DNA of 64,000 bases, taken from assembly GCA_050010515.1 (NCBI GenBank), contig JBEKKX010000001.1, forward strand, positions 1 to 64,000, given 5' to 3'. Below the pieces are notes generated by a model. The model worked only from the letters and a program-made list of their open reading frames with translations. It was not told the origin of the DNA and searched no databases. The translations under genes and the position numbers were made by a program. The stretch is from Candidatus Bathyarchaeia archaeon (GTDB lineage: Archaea; Thermoproteota; Bathyarchaeia; Bathyarchaeales; Bathycorpusculaceae). Below, piece by piece: positions 60,239 to 64,000 of the stretch (within the stretch, counting starts at the first letter, position 1; each line of letters begins with the position of its first letter).

Positions 60239-61720
60239 TTATGGCTGAACTTCATCTAACTCGTAAATTCTCGTTTTCTCCTCGTAACCATTGAGGAATC
60301 TCTTTTTCATGGCATCAGCCATTTTTTGAGCACAGGGGGTGGGATACTTTCCTGTAACGCAGGCTAAACATAGTTGGTCTTCTGTTTGACCTGTAGCACG
60401 TACTAATGCCTCAGTGGATTGGTAGCATACGTCGTCTGCACCTATGATTTTAGCTATTTCCTGAGCGCTGTGTCTTGAGCCGACAAGTTGCCCGTAAGTT
60501 GACATATCAATCCCATAAAAGCAAGGACCAATAATTCGTGGAAAAGTAACGAAGACGTAAACTTTTTTGGCTCCTGATTTTCGTAATTTATCTATAATTA
60601 CTTTGGTTGTGTCGCCTCTGACTATGCTGTCTTCGGTTATTATAACTCGTTTTCCATTAACTTTTGAACCTAAAATGTTGATTTTCTTATCGATTGTTGA
60701 AAAGCGCTCAGCGTTTAGGAGTATGAAGGCTCTCTCGGTAACATAACGGTGCCGTCTTGATGCCCGTTCCCATCGTAAGCCTGATGCTTCATGGACTCCC
60801 ATGGCTGGGTCATCTCCTGTTTCAGGCACGGACAGAATTACTTCACTATCCTTTACTACTTCAGGGTATTCTTTAACAATATTTCTCCCGAATTCTTCAC
60901 GTATTTCGTAAACGTATTTGTCGTCGAACCTTGAATCGGGCCTGGCAAAATAAGCATATTCAAAAGCGCAAAAAGCTTGATGAGGGTTTGGAATGATTTG
61001 GGTGCGTTTGAAGCCGTCCTGTGAAACCGTAACCAATTCTCCTGGTTTCAGTTCGAAATCTCTTACAAAGCTGTTCATGTCTAAGCTTACGGTTTCAGAG
61101 GAAAAAGCGTAGGTTGCCCCAGCAGGGTCATGTCCAGCGCATAGCGGTTTTATTCCAAGCGGGTCTTTGAAGGCGAAAAAGTCGCCGTCTCCGGTTATGC
61201 CTGTTACGGAGAATGCCCCATCTAAGCTTTCCATGACGGAGCGAACGGCAGATACTAAGTCTTTGCCCTGTTTAAGTCCGAGGAGCAGTTTATGACATAC
61301 TATGTCAGAGTCACAGCAATACTGAAAGTCTTGGAAGTTTTCGGTCATCTCTTTTTTCAGCGGCGACGTGTTAACTATGTTGCCGTTAAATGAGAGTGCA
61401 AGTTTTATCCCGTTTTCGCAAGCGGTAACTGGTTGAGTACCTTGAATAAGTGAGGCATCATCACATTTACCCGACGTGGTATATCGAACGTTGCCGATGC
61501 CTATTGACCCTGGAAGGCGCCCGAACCATTCATGTATAACCTCAGTTTTTAATTTCGGAACCAAATCCAAGTTTTTATACACAAAAAATTGCTTGTCGCT
61601 GTATGTGAGGAAGCCGTGTGATTGGTGACCTCGATGGTTTTGGGCTCGGAGACCCCAGTAAACATATGGAAAAACGGGTTGATTTTCATAATTTATTACG
61701 CCAAAGATACCGCAGCCTAT
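60239..61720 (-). CDS. purF: Amidophosphoribosyltransferase
   Basis: The frame extends upstream of the tracked ORF to CGIFG (Cys codon 61712-61714) and NHRGHQS; GNVRYTTSG, FEYAYFARPDS, EDSIVRGDT, PCFYGID, CLAC. No ATG/GTG/TTG before the Cys, so ATA at 61720 is taken as start. Confidence 0.93.
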   Translation of the reverse strand: MGCGIFGVINYENQPVFPYVYWGLRAQNHRGHQSHGFLTYSDKQFFVYKNLDLVPKLKTEVIHEWFGRLPGSIGIGNVRYTTSGKCDDASLIQGTQPVTACENGIKLALSFNGNIVNTSPLKKEMTENFQDFQYCCDSDIVCHKLLLGLKQGKDLVSAVRSVMESLDGAFSVTGITGDGDFFAFKDPLGIKPLCAGHDPAGATYAFSSETVSLDMNSFVRDFELKPGELVTVSQDGFKRTQIIPNPHQAFCAFEYAYFARPDSRFDDKYVYEIREEFGRNIVKEYPEVVKDSEVILSVPETGDDPAMGVHEASGLRWERASRRHRYVTERAFILLNAERFSTIDKKINILGSKVNGKRVIITEDSIVRGDTTKVIIDKLRKSGAKKVYVFVTFPRIIGPCFYGIDMSTYGQLVGSRHSAQEIAKIIGADDVCYQSTEALVRATGQTEDQLCLACVTGKYPTPCAQKMADAMKKRFLNGYEEKTRIYELDEVQP

Positions 61721-61883
61721 TTTCGGTTCCCTTCTCGCAGTAAATGGGGATGTAGTGAAAGAAGGGGTTTATCAGCTTTTAGTACATATTTACTTAAAAA
61801 GTATGGAGTTTTTAACATATTAAAGTTTAAAGAAACAAGTCATGAGACGGAGATAAAAGCTTAGTAAAATAAAGGAAGAAAGT

Positions 61884-63308
61884 TTAGGGTTGCCATTTCT
61901 CAATGAGATACTTGGGTATCTCGCTACTGTCGCGTGGTCCAACTTGTACCTTCCAGCCGCTTAACTCTTCGATTTCGCCGCTGATTCTTGATGCTTTGCC
62001 GGGGATGATGATTGTTCTGTGTTTAACTTTGCTTTCTACGCCTGAAGCTTTTATGGCGTCGGCTACGCGTTCAGCGGTTAGTTTTCGTCCTGCGACTCCG
62101 CTGTCGATTGCTGAGCCCTCAGTTTCAACAACAATGAGATACGCGTTAAGTTTGCTGCTTTCTAGGTCTGAAGCAACTGTATAGTATGTTAATGCAAAGT
62201 TGGATGTGAAGAACACTGGAGAGTTTTCGTCCGGAGTCCCGAACACTTTGAGCCCTGGAGCAACCGCAACTGGTTTGCGTGGGTCAGTGTAAATGTTTTG
62301 TCTTAGCACAGTTATCGGTAGCAGTGACCATCCGTCAGCGCCGTGCATTACAAGCACGTCAGCGTACCGTACAACAAGCATTGCGGCTAAGTATGCTTCA
62401 CGCCATTTTATGAGGTCTTCAGCTGTTTCGCCCCTGCCCAGCCAAGCAACCATTGGAACACCCATCAATGGGAAGCCAGCGAGTTCTTCTCCGCCTTTAG
62501 TTGCCGCTCTGCGAAGCATAGTAAAGTTGCTGATAGTATCTGGTAATCCTTCATTCGCGAATGTGCCTGGGTCTAAAACCAAGTCAGTTACACCGTAAGC
62601 CATCAATGTTTTTGCGAGTGAAACCAGCGTGTTCAGGTCATTTGGTGCAGAAACCACCAGTGGGCAACTGTACATTAAGGCGAGTTCCGCCATGTCTTTC
62701 CAGTTTTCTTTGTTAGCCGCATAAAGTAGTGGTCGTGCTTTTGGCGCCGCCATTAATCCTGCTTCAAGAACATTGGAATTCAATGCGCACAGAATCATGG
62801 GCAGTTTAGTTGTTTCAACGACCTTTTTCACGGTTGCTTTGAATTTTTCCGCGTCTCCTGATGTTGAGCGAACGGCAACCATGTCCAGTTTTAGTGTGTA
62901 GCCGATATATTCGAAGCTATAGTTTTCTATGCGTTTAATTCGACTTGCAACTTCCTCGCCGGACATTTGGTCAGTTACATCTATCGCGATGGCTGTCGGG
63001 TTATTATAGGTGAATTCATGGCGGTACATGACTAGTTTGCCGCCTAGTTTCCTAGCTGTGTCTCCGACGCCGACGGTGACTTCTTTGACTGCTGGCTTTA
63101 GCAGTTCTTTTAGTTGGTTGTAGGCTTTCTCGTTCTCTTTCTTTAGCAGCGGTGGGCACTGGTCAATGTTTACTTCGCGGTTGACAATTTTTGTGGCAAA
63201 AGCCATGCAGTTGTCTTGACCGCATTCTTTACAATTAATTTTTGGAAGAAGCTTGTAAACGTCTATGGGGCTTAATTCTTTTAATCCAGCTTTCTTTTTT
63301 TCGCTCAT
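61884..63308 (-). CDS. cdhE: CO dehydrogenase/acetyl-CoA synthase gamma subunit (corrinoid Fe-S protein, large)
   Basis: LPKINCKECGQDNCMAFA..CP, RQNIYTDPRKP, TSNFALTYYTV, VGPRDSS. Confidence 0.95.
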   Translation of the reverse strand: MSEKKKAGLKELSPIDVYKLLPKINCKECGQDNCMAFATKIVNREVNIDQCPPLLKKENEKAYNQLKELLKPAVKEVTVGVGDTARKLGGKLVMYRHEFTYNNPTAIAIDVTDQMSGEEVASRIKRIENYSFEYIGYTLKLDMVAVRSTSGDAEKFKATVKKVVETTKLPMILCALNSNVLEAGLMAAPKARPLLYAANKENWKDMAELALMYSCPLVVSAPNDLNTLVSLAKTLMAYGVTDLVLDPGTFANEGLPDTISNFTMLRRAATKGGEELAGFPLMGVPMVAWLGRGETAEDLIKWREAYLAAMLVVRYADVLVMHGADGWSLLPITVLRQNIYTDPRKPVAVAPGLKVFGTPDENSPVFFTSNFALTYYTVASDLESSKLNAYLIVVETEGSAIDSGVAGRKLTAERVADAIKASGVESKVKHRTIIIPGKASRISGEIEELSGWKVQVGPRDSSEIPKYLIEKWQP

Positions 63309-63323
63309 GCTATTCAAACTCCT

Positions 63324-64000
63324 TTAAGCCTTTACGCTGACCCAATCAGCAAATTTGGAAGCGTCTGCTTTTTTGCCGCTGGTTAGGTAGTTTGTAACGT
63401 CTTTTAGTGTTTTTACGGCTGCAGGGTGCATCATCATGAATAAGTCAACGCCAGTAAGCAACAGTGTTAAGGCTGTTGTTACTTCCCAGAGTGGACCTCG
63501 GAGCTCGCGTGGTTCCCATTCAGCAGACATTTTTAGCCAAGCTTCTCGTGCTGCCCAGGCATTGGTTGTTCCTGAAGACATTGGGTGAGCTAATTCAACG
63601 TCACCCATTAATCCACCGAGCCTTGCACGTTCCATATTAGTGAATGCATAATCTAGGCCGTAGCCTAACGCGGCAGTGGTTAAGTCCATGACGATGTCTT
63701 CTCTTCCCAAAAAGTCGTATAGTCGCCTGTTAAGTTCCCGTGCCAAATTCAAGTCCATAGGAGTGAAAGATAACGCGACATGCCCGTTCTTTTTAATGTA
63801 CTTTGCACAGCGCTCAACATCCATATCCCTTGTTATCGAACTAATGAGGAAACGCTCGCCTGGGAAAGCTTCACATATGGCCTCGAAAACGTCTGCGTCT
63901 TTAACTGGGTCACCGCAACCACCGATAACTAGCGGAACATCAACGGCTTGCAGAACTTTTTCAACTGTTTTTACCGCGTCTTTTGGTGTAGCATCTTTGA
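63324..64000 (-). CDS. cdhD: CO dehydrogenase/acetyl-CoA synthase delta subunit (5' end outside the window)
   Basis: VPLVIGGCGDP, TAALGYGLDYAFTNMER, NAWAAREAW, RGPLWE, MMHP. Confidence 0.93.
   Translation of the reverse strand, partial: KDATPKDAVKTVEKVLQAVDVPLVIGGCGDPVKDADVFEAICEAFPGERFLISSITRDMDVERCAKYIKKNGHVALSFTPMDLNLARELNRRLYDFLGREDIVMDLTTAALGYGLDYAFTNMERARLGGLMGDVELAHPMSSGTTNAWAAREAWLKMSAEWEPRELRGPLWEVTTALTLLLTGVDLFMMMHPAAVKTLKDVTNYLTSGKKADASKFADWVSVKA

Noticed and set aside
1-64000. CRISPR arrays, rRNA genes, proviral structural genes
   Set aside because: No regularly spaced repeats, rRNA-like sequence or capsid/terminase-like ORFs were seen.

Overview
Archaeal DNA, most consistent with Bathyarchaeia (inferred from cdhDE, an Ftr-like gene, Hdr/MvhD, DUF35-thiolase pairs, TATA-type promoters and frequent GTG/TTG starts). 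It has two parts. (1) About 0.9-50.5 kb is an accessory region ending in a tyrosine integrase directly downstream of tRNA-Gly(CCC). It encodes anaerobic amino-acid, aromatic and alicyclic acyl-CoA catabolism: TrpB2, acyl-CoA dehydrogenase, Oah/BamA ring hydrolase, IorAB, ferredoxin, an OYE-family dienoyl-CoA oxidoreductase, three thiolases, GDH, ETF, two different HdrA/MvhD modules, three aminotransferases and an uncharacterised permease-cyclase-phosphoesterase-LLM operon. It also carries two nucleotidyltransferase-like paralogs and several gene relics. (2) 50.9-64 kb is core genome: purM-S-L-Q converging on purF-purD-HAD-ftr-like-pfkB, followed by cdhE and part of cdhD. The most striking observation is that this cluster covers purine steps 1, 2, 4 and 5 but has no purN or purT. 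Translationally coupled to purD is a HAD phosphatase / Ftr-like formyltransferase / PfkB kinase trio resembling methanogen EhaR/S/T, a candidate H4MPT-dependent route for GAR formylation. All family assignments come from motif recognition by eye; no database searches were run.
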